Made by a program: the position numbers and the translations under genes. The notes below the pieces were generated by a model that saw only the letters and a list, made by a program, of their open reading frames with translations, did no database searches and was not told where the DNA came from. A DNA stretch of 64,000 bases from Oikopleura dioica (taxonomy: Eukaryota > Animalia > Chordata), in assembly GCA_907165135.1 (NCBI GenBank), contig OU015569.1, forward strand, positions 10,044,001-10,108,000. Direction: 5' to 3'. Shown here piece after piece: positions 23,308 through 33,161 of the stretch. Position 1 is the first letter of the stretch. Every line of letters begins with the position of its first letter.

Positions 23308-23811
23308 ATGAAAAAGTACTATTTGAATTTTTCCGAGATGGAATCGTCTGACAGCGAGGTCGAAGAGGTCGAACAGACAAACACCGGACTGGAATTTCTG
23401 CTCAGGAACGCCCGATCTCACCCACTCCCTCAATTACGTCCTTTCTTGGAAGAAATCTATCACTTCTCAGAGCGCGAACCGTGGATACTCAAGTTCAAGG
23501 GATTTTTCCTGGTTAAAAGCGACTCAGGGATCTTTCAACTGGTCAAGTTTCCCCTTGGACCTCGTCATTGCTGGACCTTGGAAACGACCATTGGATCGGA
23601 CCACCTCACCGATCTGGACAACCGTCTCTGTGCGCGAATCGCGGAGCAAGAAAACAAAGTCCTTGTCGTTGTTGATTCAGCCGTACTTATGGTCAACTCA
23701 GTTCCTCGACGACGATCCCGACTTGAAAACGACGGCTACGAGCTTGCCCTCTCGATTGAAAACGGCTTAGCTGTATTTTACTCTGTTGGAACCTACTCAC
23801 TTGTTGTCTAA
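23308..23811 (+). CDS. Polinton gene upstream of pPolB, unknown function (167 aa, or 157 aa from ATG 23338)
   Basis: ATG-initiated ORF with acidic N-terminus. It is divergent from the RING gene and co-oriented with pPolB. Confidence 0.6.
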   Translation: MKKYYLNFSEMESSDSEVEEVEQTNTGLEFLLRNARSHPLPQLRPFLEEIYHFSEREPWILKFKGFFLVKSDSGIFQLVKFPLGPRHCWTLETTIGSDHLTDLDNRLCARIAEQENKVLVVVDSAVLMVNSVPRRRSRLENDGYELALSIENGLAVFYSVGTYSLVV

Positions 23812-23947
23812 TACAGTTTTTCTCCATACCTTTTTGTTGATTTTTATTTATAAGCAGGAAGTTGACCTTGTTGTATTGGTTGAGCCGGTGGCGCAGGTGA
23901 ACTCGAGTGGAAAACGATAATAAAAAGAGCAATCGTTTTGATTGAGC

Positions 23948-26900
23948 ATGAAGAGATATAATTTGTATTTTCCTGGATTAAATCCATGGATAACTTTGGG
24001 AGAGATCCAGAGATTTGGCGGCGATTTCAAAACCTTATTCAAGGACGGAAAACTCGCAGAGTCTCGATTTATTTCTCATATTCATAATCTTTCATTAGTG
24101 CATTCGGCGTTTAGCAAGGAAGAGATCATAGCATTTTACAACCTTGACATTGTCAACGTAAAATCTAAGTTCAAACATACGATAAAACTCGTTCTTCTTG
24201 AGGAAAGTGTTCTGAGAAGAACAAGCGTTATAATCGAAGAGGGTGAATGCTATTTTTATCTTTACCCATTTGACACATTTCTCGCAAAATTATACAGAAA
24301 GAAATCCAATATCAATAGCATAAATGATTTCTCATTCAAAATAGATGGTCTGAGTCTTTTTGAAGGACCAAATGATGTTTTTTCGAAAGATCTATCAAAA
24401 ATTGCGAAAAAACTTGCAGCAGAGGTAAATTTTTTCCAATTAATCACTAATCACATGAATCTTTACAAACTTGAGCTACTACAAACTTTTTCAAGCGATA
24501 AAAACTCGAGGATCCTCAATTTTATTGTTGATAAAGACGAACTTCTTTCCACAAATAAGCTTAATCTAAGATATATTTTTGATATGAACAGTTTGGGCAA
24601 TGTGTACAAATGTTCGAACTCCCTCTGTGGATTTGAAACCTTTTTCGAATCATACTTGCAGAATCATGAAAAGGGATGTCAAAGGCGAGTAAAAAAGATC
24701 ACTCCTAATCAACGAGTCTACGGTACATCAATTAATCCGATTGAAGAGGCGATTCAAGCTGGGTTTCTTTCACCTGAGATGAGAAAATACAGAAAAACCA
24801 GATTTAGTAAGTTTCATCTATGATGACAAAAAATAAAAGGTTTAAGTCACTTTTGATATCGAGACCATGGAGCGTCAGATTGAAGAAACCAACAAGTCAA
24901 CAACAGTTCACTCTGAACTTCGACTTCTTTCAATCGGAATAGGAAGCAACTTCGGATACCAGCGATTCTTGATCCGACGGAATGACGAGAATGACGGGGC
25001 AAAAGAGCTTGTTCAAAGATTTGTTGACGAAATTGAATCTCTTGCAGTCGCTGAAGAAAATTATCTCCCATCTGAGCTAAGAGACTCGATTCAAAACCTC
25101 CAAAACATCGATATGAATTCAGGTAGTATTTTTCTCCCAATAGTTGCTGACAATTTTGAAGTGCATGCTGAGCAAAAGATGAAAATCCGATATTTACGTC
25201 GAGAACTCACAAATTATGCAAAAATGGACATCTTTGGTTTCAATAGTGCTAAGTTTGATTTGAAAGTCTTAAGTCCGTATCTTATCCCAATTTTGATGAA
25301 AAAACACGGGTCCAAATTTACAAGTATTAAAAAAGGCAGTCATTACTTCTCTATGTCAACCCCGAAATATCAATTCAAAGATGCAAAACTTTTTAGCACT
25401 CCAACTGATCTTGCTGGATATCTTAAACAAGGAGGAGTCGACGAAGGAAAGGCGATTTGGCCTTATGAAAAATATCATAGCGTTTTTGATATCATGAATG
25501 ACAAGAATTTTCCTCCTCGAGAGGATTTCTTCTCGAGTCTTAAAAATAAAGCTATTTCAGAAGAAGATTATGAAATTTTCAAAGATGAATTTAACAAAAA
25601 TCAAAGAAGAGACCCCCATTATTCCATGGCTCATTGGCTTCAGCACTACAATTTGGCAGATGTCACTCCTTTTGCGAAAGCCATCGACAATCAATTCAAA
25701 TTATTCTTTGAGACTTTCAAAATTGACCCTTCTTTTTGCATGAGTCTACCAAAATTTGCGATGGCGTGCGTTTTTGAAGGGTATTCGAAAGATTCACCGC
25801 TCACATGTAAGTTATTTTTTGTGAAATTGATTTTAATAATATTTTTCAAGTTTCCTTCCACCGTACTTGTCACAAAGAACATAAACTTCTCCGCGATAAT
25901 ATCATCGGTGGTCTGGTAAACGTCTATTCTCGCTACACTGAGCTTCGACCCGAGGTGGACGCTCCGAGAAATGCCAAGTTCGCGCCAAATGGGGATCCTT
26001 TTACAAAGATAGTCTTTTTTGACTTCAATGCTTTGTACTTGTACGCACAGAAGATGCTATTACCGTCCACTCCAGGTAATTTTTTTACTGTTTCTGAGCT
26101 CACTCTTATGATAAGGTATCAGATGGCAGAAAATCGACAATACCGTCTTTCGAAAATCCATAATGACGTCGGACAACTCTCTTGCTGCGCTTCAATGGCT
26201 TACATACATTGACGAGTTCAGCCCCTTGTTGGTTCAGACTAATGGAGAGCGGGTCCGACTTGAGCATCAGTATTTCAGGGGAGAGCACCAGGTCCTTAAT
26301 TATAAAATTGACGGGTACGCTTGTGTTGATGGACAGCATCATTATTTCGAGTTTTTAGGATGTTATTTTCATCAATATTGTGTTGATTGCAACCCCGGTC
26401 AGATTGACCATGGGTTTGAGAAGAAACGTCGAATTTTGTCCAGAAAAGGGACTGTTCACATCATGCGAGAATGTGAATGGGTTCACCGACGAAATAAATA
26501 TTATGTTGACCGAGTTTCTAAATATTGGGGACATATTTTCAAGCTGAAAGAATCAGAAAAAAGCATTCTTGAAGGAATAAAAAATGATGAGATATACGGA
26601 TTTATCGAGGCCGATGTTTCTTGTCCGAAAGAAGTTTTTGATCAGATTTCGTACATAAATTTTCCTCCGGTCATTCAGCGTATGAAAATCACTGACGAGC
26701 ATTTGAGTTCATATATGAAAGCTCAGTTTGAGAAAACTGGAAGCAAGTGCGACCAGGAAACTGTTGTTCAGACTTACAATGGTAAGAAAATGTTTCTCTT
26801 GACAACATTAGTGAAATTTTATCTTGAACTTGGTTTGGAAATAACAAATATTCGATCTTTTACTCAATTTCGAGCGACCAAAAGTCTAAGCGATTATGCC

Positions 26901-27877
26901 AATAATATAACCAATGGTCGCGTAAACGCCCTTGATGCCAATAACTCTGCTCTCGCTTTGGCTTTTAAGACCATCGGAAATTGCGGAGGATTTGGGAAGG
27001 CGATCGAGCAAGTTGATCGTCCAAATACAAAATTCAACGACGATAAACAGCTCAAGAAATCTATTGTTAAACCAACTTATAAATCATCGGAGGCTCTCTG
27101 TCAAGAAAACGGAGAGTATGAAATTTCAGAGGTCATTTTTGACAAGTTGCGGATCAAAGATGATAAGCCAACTGTTCTCGGTGTGGCTATTCTTCAAAAT
27201 TCAAAACTCCATTTTCTCTCCTTTGTTTACAATTTTCTTCACAAATACCTGAGACCTGGGTCCTACAAGCTAAACTACTGTGATACTGACAGCTTAGCAA
27301 TATGTAAGTTTGTATTTTCTGCCACTTATAAAAATATTTCAGCGTTTACTCGAAGCGGAACGGATGGACAAACAACAAGGTCACAGATGGAAGCCGCTCT
27401 GCTACCATGTGTTCGAGAGGAGCTTATGGAAGAGTTTCTTCAAGTTTGGCACAAATGGATTGTTCTTGAAGACACCACTCTTAATCATAAAACTCCTGGT
27501 CTTCTCAAAGGTTTGATCATTTTGCATCTGGATTTTAAACTCTAATAGCTGAGTGGCAAACAAATAACGGCGCCCTTGTCTGCCTCGGAAACAAGATGTA
27601 CTTTGGCTTTGATGAAGAAAAGAAAGAGAGCAAGCGATCGACGAAAGGAGTTCCTCATAATCACGAGCTCAAACTTCAAGAATTTCTCGACTGTTTAAAA
27701 GGGACCATTGCCACAAATAATACTTGTCAAGTTCGCATGTTACGCTCGACCAACGACAATATTGTTAAGCGGATTTCGATTGAAAAAAAAGTTCTTTCGA
27801 ATATTTTTGTTAAACTTCGAGTCATGTCGGACGGCGTGACATGTAAACCACTGACCCTTGACGGTAAAATCCTTTAA
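23948..27877 (+). CDS. pPolB: Protein-primed family B DNA polymerase (1242 aa, 6 exons)
   Basis: Exons 23948-24806, 24847-25806, 25851-26075, 26116-27303, 27343-27510, 27549-27877, with five phase-1 GT-AG introns of 40/44/40/39/38 nt. Splicing restores ExoI TFDIET, ExoII FNSAKFD, ExoIII HYNLAD, RDNIIGG, motif A FDFNALY, motif B KTIGNCGGFGK, motif C YCDTDS and KTPGLLKAE. Confidence 0.95.
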
Positions 27878-27939
27878 TCTGTTCCATTTCAATAAATCTT
27901 GGTGCATATATATCAACTGGCTTCACTCTTTTTTGCAAA

Positions 27940-28485
27940 ATGCCTTTTTATCCATCAGAGCGAGCTGATCTTGAAGCGCTTCGAAAAGAATATGGAGGAA
28001 CTTACCTTCCTCTCGCCGAAGAGGAGCTCGATTTTTTCCGACAAACCGAGAGAGTTGGTCAGCTTCACAACAGGCTAATCATACCTCCTCCGAAACCTGG
28101 GCGAATCGTTGAAACTGCTCATTTGAGATTACTCTTAAATAAAAATTTTGATTTGAACAGCCTCATCGAAGACATCTTCGATGTGATTTCTCCAGTATTT
28201 CGAATCAAAATTGATTTCGGTTTTCTCATGGAAAATATTTTGACTGAAGATCCAGATTCCCGCTACCGATTTCACTGGCCTCAAATATCAACTGGACTTC
28301 CGATCGAGCCACACTTGATTAAAGACAAATTTTCCAAGAAAGCCTTTCTTGAAAATATTCCAAGCTGGTCCGAAATTCCTCAAATGGTCGAGATCGAGCA
28401 CGAGAATCAATCAAGCTTCAGAAAGAGCGGGTTCAATCTGACTAAACTTCTCACCTGCAGCGTCTACGTTACAAAGATGAAATGA
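27940..28485 (+). CDS. Polinton protein (181 aa) resembling a domain commonly found upstream of the exonuclease in animal Polinton pPolB ORFs
   Basis: Intact ATG ORF 62 nt after the pPolB stop. The FRIKIDFGFLMEN...RYRFHWP...P.LIKD...F pattern was recognised from memory, not by search. Confidence 0.6.
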   Translation: MPFYPSERADLEALRKEYGGTYLPLAEEELDFFRQTERVGQLHNRLIIPPPKPGRIVETAHLRLLLNKNFDLNSLIEDIFDVISPVFRIKIDFGFLMENILTEDPDSRYRFHWPQISTGLPIEPHLIKDKFSKKAFLENIPSWSEIPQMVEIEHENQSSFRKSGFNLTKLLTCSVYVTKMK

Positions 28486-28890
28486 AACCAAGACGCAGCG
28501 GGACTCTCAGTGTGACCTTGTTTCTACTCTGCGCGCCCTCTTTTGGATACTCTACTCGATTTAACATCTCAAATTTCTTAATTCTCATCAAATCCAAAAA
28601 ATGAAACTCAAATTTTTATATCTATCATTATGATCGCTTCTGCAAAAATGGAAATTGAATTCTAAAATGAAACACTATCATTAAAAACATTGTTGTTATC
28701 ACTTCGGGATATAATTCTTATCAAATGAAAACTGTTTTGACAACTTCGTCTTCTGTATCAACCGCTTTCTTAAAATGAAACAGTATATTTTTTAATCGTT
28801 ATTGTCATTGGCTTACCGAATACATTCCAAATTTCTGAAATCTCTTTGCTTTGATTGCATAAAAAAAAACGCTTAATACAATTTATATTT

Positions 28891-29535
28891 TCACCAAATT
28901 TTATTTTCACCAGATAGAAATTGAGTAGAAAAAACAAAGAAGTATGAAAGATCAGAAATTTTTAGGAGCAGAAATTTTGAGAAGCAGAAACAGAAAAGAG
29001 CCGAAATTGAAAAAGCTTGCATTTGATTATTCAGAGGCTCCGAGACTTTTTTTGGTGGTGGAACAGCTTGGTAGTCCTCGTTGATGTAAATCGTTCCTGT
29101 TTGCTCGGGCTGCGTTAGAACATCATCGTCGGGAGTTGTACGCAAGTTCCATCCAAGAACGGACGGAGATTGGAAGACATTTTCTTGACCGCAGATGGGA
29201 CAGTCATGAGATGGCTCTTCTTCAGGTTGGAATGGCATAGTGTACCTGAAAATGTACGCTTTTGGCTCATTTCTCATCTGTTCAGAGAGTGTTTGAAGAG
29301 CCTCGCGTTCGATCTCGATCAGTAGCTGCTTCTTGGTGTGGCGAAACTCGAGCAGGTGAAGGAACTCGACTTCGAGCTGATGTTTAGTTGAAACAGGCAG
29401 ACGGAGCTCAATTTCTTCTCCTGAGAATCCATCAGGAAAAAATTTATCGTCATTCGAGATCACTGAAGCGTCGATGTAGAAAACTCCTCCTTTATTGGCG
29501 GTGTGAAAATCAAAGTCTTTGATTGTAACGATCAT
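28891..29535 (-). CDS. Triplicated unrecognised family, copy 1 (214 aa; DCPICG)
   Basis: N-terminus MIVTIKDFDFHTANKGGVFYIDA...EIELRLPVSTKHQLEVEFLHLLEFRH aligns to copies 2 and 3. Confidence 0.75.
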   Translation of the reverse strand: MIVTIKDFDFHTANKGGVFYIDASVISNDDKFFPDGFSGEEIELRLPVSTKHQLEVEFLHLLEFRHTKKQLLIEIEREALQTLSEQMRNEPKAYIFRYTMPFQPEEEPSHDCPICGQENVFQSPSVLGWNLRTTPDDDVLTQPEQTGTIYINEDYQAVPPPKKVSEPLNNQMQAFSISALFCFCFSKFLLLKISDLSYFFVFSTQFLSGENKIW

Positions 29536-29580
29536 TTTTGCGAATGAGAGAAGAATCGATTTTGCTCCTGAAGTTCAAAT

Positions 29581-29598
29581 GCACTGGTTAACCAGTGC
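29581..29598. promoter_or_regulatory. Perfect 18-bp palindrome GCACTGGTTAACCAGTGC upstream of family copy 1
   Basis: Lies 46 nt upstream of ATG 29535. Related motifs occur at equivalent positions before copies 2 and 3. Confidence 0.55.
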
Positions 29599-29824
29599 TC
29601 TTTTCCTAGCCTTGACACCGCTTCTACGCTTCCTTTGTTTATAAATAAAAGATCCTGCTTCAAAAAACTACAAAAAGATTTATCACCGACATTTATTTTC
29701 ACCGAAAAATATTTACAAAGGAAAGCACGACAAAATAAAAGTAAAGTAGAGCAAGCACCACAGTTTATCTAAGAAAGTATAGAAAAGCAAAGCACCACAA
29801 GAAAAGACAGTTTCATTTGAAGAT

Positions 29825-30256
29825 TCAATGATTATACTTTGTCACCTTCCATTCTTCAAGCTTGAATATTGGTGATCCACAGTTTGAACAATCCTCTGGA
29901 GGAGTCTGCTCGAGTTGCATCGGGAAGTTGTATTGAAACGTCCAGCAACCAAAAATTGCTTCCCCTTTTTTTCCCTCGGAAGTGAGCACTTTTTCAAGAA
30001 GAATTATTGGTACGGGCTTTTTTGAGTGACAAAATTCCAAAAGCTGAAGGAATTCCGTCTCAACCTCTTGTTTTGTCGAGACTGTTATCCGGAGATCAAG
30101 CTCTGCTGCTGGGAATCCACCAGGAAAGTGAACGTCGATAAGCGGCATGCACATGGCATCAATGTGAAAAACTCCTCCACAACCTTTATGCTCAAAGTCG
30201 AAGGCTTCAATTTGAACCATAAAATCAGCTGAGGAGACTTCGGAACATCGGAACAT
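29825..30256 (-). CDS. Triplicated unrecognised family, copy 2 (143 aa from ATG 30256; DCSNCG)
   Basis: MVQIEAFDFEHKGCGGVFHIDA...ELDLRITVSTKQEVETEFLQLLEFCH aligns closely to copy 1. Confidence 0.75.
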   Translation of the reverse strand: MFRCSEVSSADFMVQIEAFDFEHKGCGGVFHIDAMCMPLIDVHFPGGFPAAELDLRITVSTKQEVETEFLQLLEFCHSKKPVPIILLEKVLTSEGKKGEAIFGCWTFQYNFPMQLEQTPPEDCSNCGSPIFKLEEWKVTKYNH

Positions 30257-30307
30257 TTTTTTTGTTGAGAATGAGATCAACTAAGAATTCTTCTATGAGG
30301 TTCAAAA

Positions 30308-30325
30308 GCGCTGGATACTCAGTGC
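30308..30325. promoter_or_regulatory. Degenerate copy of the upstream motif (GCGCTGGATACTCAGTGC) before family copy 2
   Basis: Lies 52 nt upstream of ATG 30256, with the same GA.GTTCAAA flank as copy 1. Confidence 0.45.
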
Positions 30326-30476
30326 CTGCTTTTGACCACTGATTCTACTCGAGCGGAACTTCGCGTCTTGAATGTTTATAAATAAAGGAACCTGCTTGAA
30401 AGAACGACAAGGAAATAAAAACACCAAATTTTATTACTCGAGTAAAGAAGCAGAAAACGATCAGAAAAGGAAAAGA

Positions 30477-31067
30477 TTAGATGTCCATTTGTTGCTCGGA
30501 AGCTGGCTGAATCGGAGTTGGTTGTTCGTAAGCTGGCTGAATCGGCTGAATCGGAGTTGGCTGGATTGGAGTTGGCTGAATGGGAGTTGGCTGGATGAGA
30601 GTTGGCTTGATAGGAGTTGGCTGAATCAGAGTTGGCTGAATCGGAGTTGGCTGGATCGGAGTTGGCTGGATCGGAGTTGGCTTGATCGGAGTTGGCTGAA
30701 TGGGAGAAAGCGGAGCCGGAGTTGGCTGAATGGGAGAAAGCTGGGTCGGAGTTGACTGAGTCGGAAGTCGACTGAATCGGAAAGTGTAGGAAGCGGGGAT
30801 ATTGTGCTCTCTTTCCCAGTCGGATTGCTTTGACTCGGAAGTAAGGTTGACGGACGCAGGTTGATGAGATTCTGTGAAGGAAAGAAGAGTAGCGAACGTT
30901 TCAGAAATTTCAGCTGCAGTCCTTTCATACATTCTCAAGTTGATTTCTGAAGCAGGTTGGGTATAGTCAAAATGACTCTCAAAGCCTGGGATAAAAGTTC
31001 CCTTGACTTTGAAAAATCCGCCTCCGTTGTGTGATCGAAAAGTGAAAGATTTAATCGTGACAAACAT
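30477..31067 (-). CDS. Triplicated unrecognised family, copy 3 (196 aa) with C-terminal (QPTPI)n tail
   Basis: MFVTIKSFTFRSHNGGGFFKVKG...EINLRMYERTAAEISETFATLLSF aligns to copies 1 and 2. The tail is encoded by 15-bp repeats. Confidence 0.75.
   Translation of the reverse strand: MFVTIKSFTFRSHNGGGFFKVKGTFIPGFESHFDYTQPASEINLRMYERTAAEISETFATLLSFTESHQPASVNLTSESKQSDWEREHNIPASYTFRFSRLPTQSTPTQLSPIQPTPAPLSPIQPTPIKPTPIQPTPIQPTPIQPTLIQPTPIKPTLIQPTPIQPTPIQPTPIQPIQPAYEQPTPIQPASEQQMDI
30501..30780. repeat. 15-bp coding minisatellite (CGGAGTTGGCTGRAT)n encoding QPTPI repeats on the minus strand
   Basis: Directly visible tandem units with point variants, in frame with ORF 30477-31067. Confidence 0.9.
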
Positions 31068-31115
31068 CTTTTTGAGAATGACGAAAATGACAAAATCAAG
31101 TCCAGAAGTGCTAAA

Positions 31116-31133
31116 GCACTGGTTAGTCAGTGC
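31116..31133. promoter_or_regulatory. Upstream motif GCACTGGTTAGTCAGTGC before family copy 3
   Basis: Lies 49 nt upstream of ATG 31067. 16/18 identical to the copy-1 palindrome. Confidence 0.55.
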
Positions 31134-31168
31134 ATCTTTTACTACCAGTGATTCTTTTATGTTTACCT

Positions 31169-32478
31169 TTACAATAACGTTTTTTCGACTTGTTTATGTT
31201 CGTCAATCGTAAGTTTGACAGACACAATTGACCATATAACAATGTGATAGTCATCGTCGTCATCTAGTGGTTTGTTGAAATCGAATGTGAAGGAGAGCCA
31301 TCCTTGTGATATTTCCTCGCCCTCAAATTCATGAGCGAAAATTGCATTGCTCTTGTACGCATCCATGGATGTCACATAAGACAAGTTGCTTTGAGAGATT
31401 CTTCCAAGAGCATTTTGAAATTTCCAATAAGGGAGAATTGGATACTGATTCGTGATTTTCTAGAAACATGATAAATTTTTTTATTCTTCTATGTTATCTT
31501 ACCTGAGGATATCCATGGAGCGACTGCCCATTTAATGTGACGTTTATTTGAGTAAGATCCTGATGAAAACTGAAATTTGTGGACTCAAAAGCATCCGATC
31601 CAAACAAGGCATCTGTTTTGATGAGTCCAAAGAACATGTACGCGGGAGTATTTCCACCAGTAACATTGAGAAGCTGAACTTGCTTACGACCTTTTGGTAA
31701 AGCCATTGTCTTTATCATAGTGTCATTGAATTTGTAGGAGATCGGTTTTGATTTGATTCTCGCAAAATGATTTCTCAAGCTTGTAGAGGACACATATTCA
31801 ACCATTGCATAGGCATCTGTTATTTTGAGAGCTTCTCCAGCCGGCAACTTATCATTTGGGTCGCTTCCAATAAAAATTGTAGAGAACTCATGCTTTAGAC
31901 GGTAGAGCGTCAGTGATAGATCAGTGTTGAGAGGAAGAGGTTTATTTTCAAGGAAGAATCCGTGAGTAGGTAAGAAGATGAGTTCGTAAACATAATTCCC
32001 ATCGGAGTTGACAAAGCAGCCTGGTCTCCTACCGTCTCTGATTTCTTCCTTAGCCGCATCTGTCGCAAGTGTCTCAAAATTGTACTCGTCATAGTACCCT
32101 TCGATCTGGAAAGCAGTCATCACATATTGAGGATCGTAGTTTGTCAGCTTTGTCAAATAATCAGCTAGCATATAATGCGCGCTAAGAGAAAAAGTAAGGC
32201 TAATCTATGAACAAAAACTCTTACTTTGAATTGGAGTTATCAATTATCTGAGAATTCACGGCAACTTCTGTTTTTCCAAACTGTTTGCTTGCGAATCCAT
32301 TGCAGGGGATGTAGTTCTTGTCAAGTTCGATCGTGAAATGAATCGCAATGTTGTTTTTGACGAGAAAAAGGTTTGGATCAGCATCGAAGTGGAAATGAAG
32401 ACGTCCGGTTAAACTATCTACCTCTCTGGGATAGTGACGCTTTACGACTTTCTGGTCGTAGTACTCAACTTCTATCAT
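31169..32478 (-). CDS. MCP: Major capsid protein (Polinton PY, double jelly-roll type), 407 aa, 3 exons
   Basis: Exons 32478-32225, 32181-31503, 31459-31169, with two 43-nt GT-AG introns (32182-32224 phase 2; 31460-31502 phase 0) joining one frame. Polinton-MCP-like segments: GFFLENKPLPLNTDLSLTLYR, IKTMALPKG, GNTPAYMFFGLIKTDALFGS, INVTLNGQSLHGYP. Confidence 0.85.
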
Positions 32479-32529
32479 AGTTTCAGTCTAAACAAGTAAA
32501 GATTGAAGATCGTTTTTCACCAATTTTAA

Positions 32530-32949
32530 TCACCAAATTTGAGAGAGTTTGTCAAAAAGAAGTTGATCGTTCTCAGTAAGATTTTTAGAAAAAATAGAGG
32601 AAAGTTTTTTCATAGAATAAAGAGAGCGAAAGATAACATAGAAACAGACGTAGAAACCACAGTAAAATGACGCATCTGATTGAATTTTTTTATAAAAATA
32701 TTTTTTACGATCACCGAAAAAGTCGGTTAATTCTTTTGGATATTTTCCTAATTTCAAACTATCAAAAATCTCGATTTTTGACTTTTCAATACGAAGTGCT
32801 ATCCAGTGAGAACCTTTTGACTTTTCCGGTGAAAGATTAACAACGAGAAAAGCAGGATATTCATTAAGAGTGGAAAGAGTATCAATAGAGAAAACACCAA
32901 GGAAATTTTGTACACGTTCTAAACGTTTAGCAATATAGTAAGAGTTCAT
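32530..32949 (-). CDS. PRO: Adenain-like (C5) cysteine maturation protease (139 aa)
   Basis: ATG 32949. FLGVF...VVNL...KGSHWIAL...EIFDSL...KIQSDASFYCGFYV supplies the catalytic His, Asp, Gln and Cys. Confidence 0.92.
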   Translation of the reverse strand: MNSYYIAKRLERVQNFLGVFSIDTLSTLNEYPAFLVVNLSPEKSKGSHWIALRIEKSKIEIFDSLKLGKYPKELTDFFGDRKKYFYKKIQSDASFYCGFYVCFYVIFRSLYSMKKLSSIFSKNLTENDQLLFDKLSQIW

Positions 32950-33161
32950 GCTCTTTTCTTTTTGGACGACTTCTTTGACTTTTTCAAGTCTTTTGTTGTA
33001 AAATTTCTTTTTTTCTTTGGTTTTGAGGAAGGTTTTTTTCTTGCTGGAGTAAGTTTTAATTTGGTTGGAGCTTTTTTTGATTTTCTTTTTCCTGCGCCCG
33101 ACTGAGATTTGGGAAACCATTTTTTTGGTCGACTTTCGAGCGCGGAAATAATGGTTTTCAT
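32946..33161 (-). CDS. Small Lys-rich protein with QSGAG motif, candidate DNA-condensing core protein (71 aa)
   Basis: Sits between the penton candidate and the protease, coupled to both by ATGA overlaps. Highly basic after SQSGAG. Confidence 0.6.
   Translation of the reverse strand: MKTIISALESRPKKWFPKSQSGAGKRKSKKAPTKLKLTPARKKPSSKPKKKRNFTTKDLKKSKKSSKKKRA

Noticed and set aside
24807-27548. Introner-type (transposon-derived) origin of the Polinton introns
   Set aside because: The introns share only splice-site consensus, with no mutual similarity, TIRs or TSDs visible by eye.
30501-30780. Regular short repeats suggesting a CRISPR-like array
   Set aside because: The units are contiguous 15-mers without unique spacers and are in frame with a QPTPI-coding ORF, so this is a coding minisatellite.
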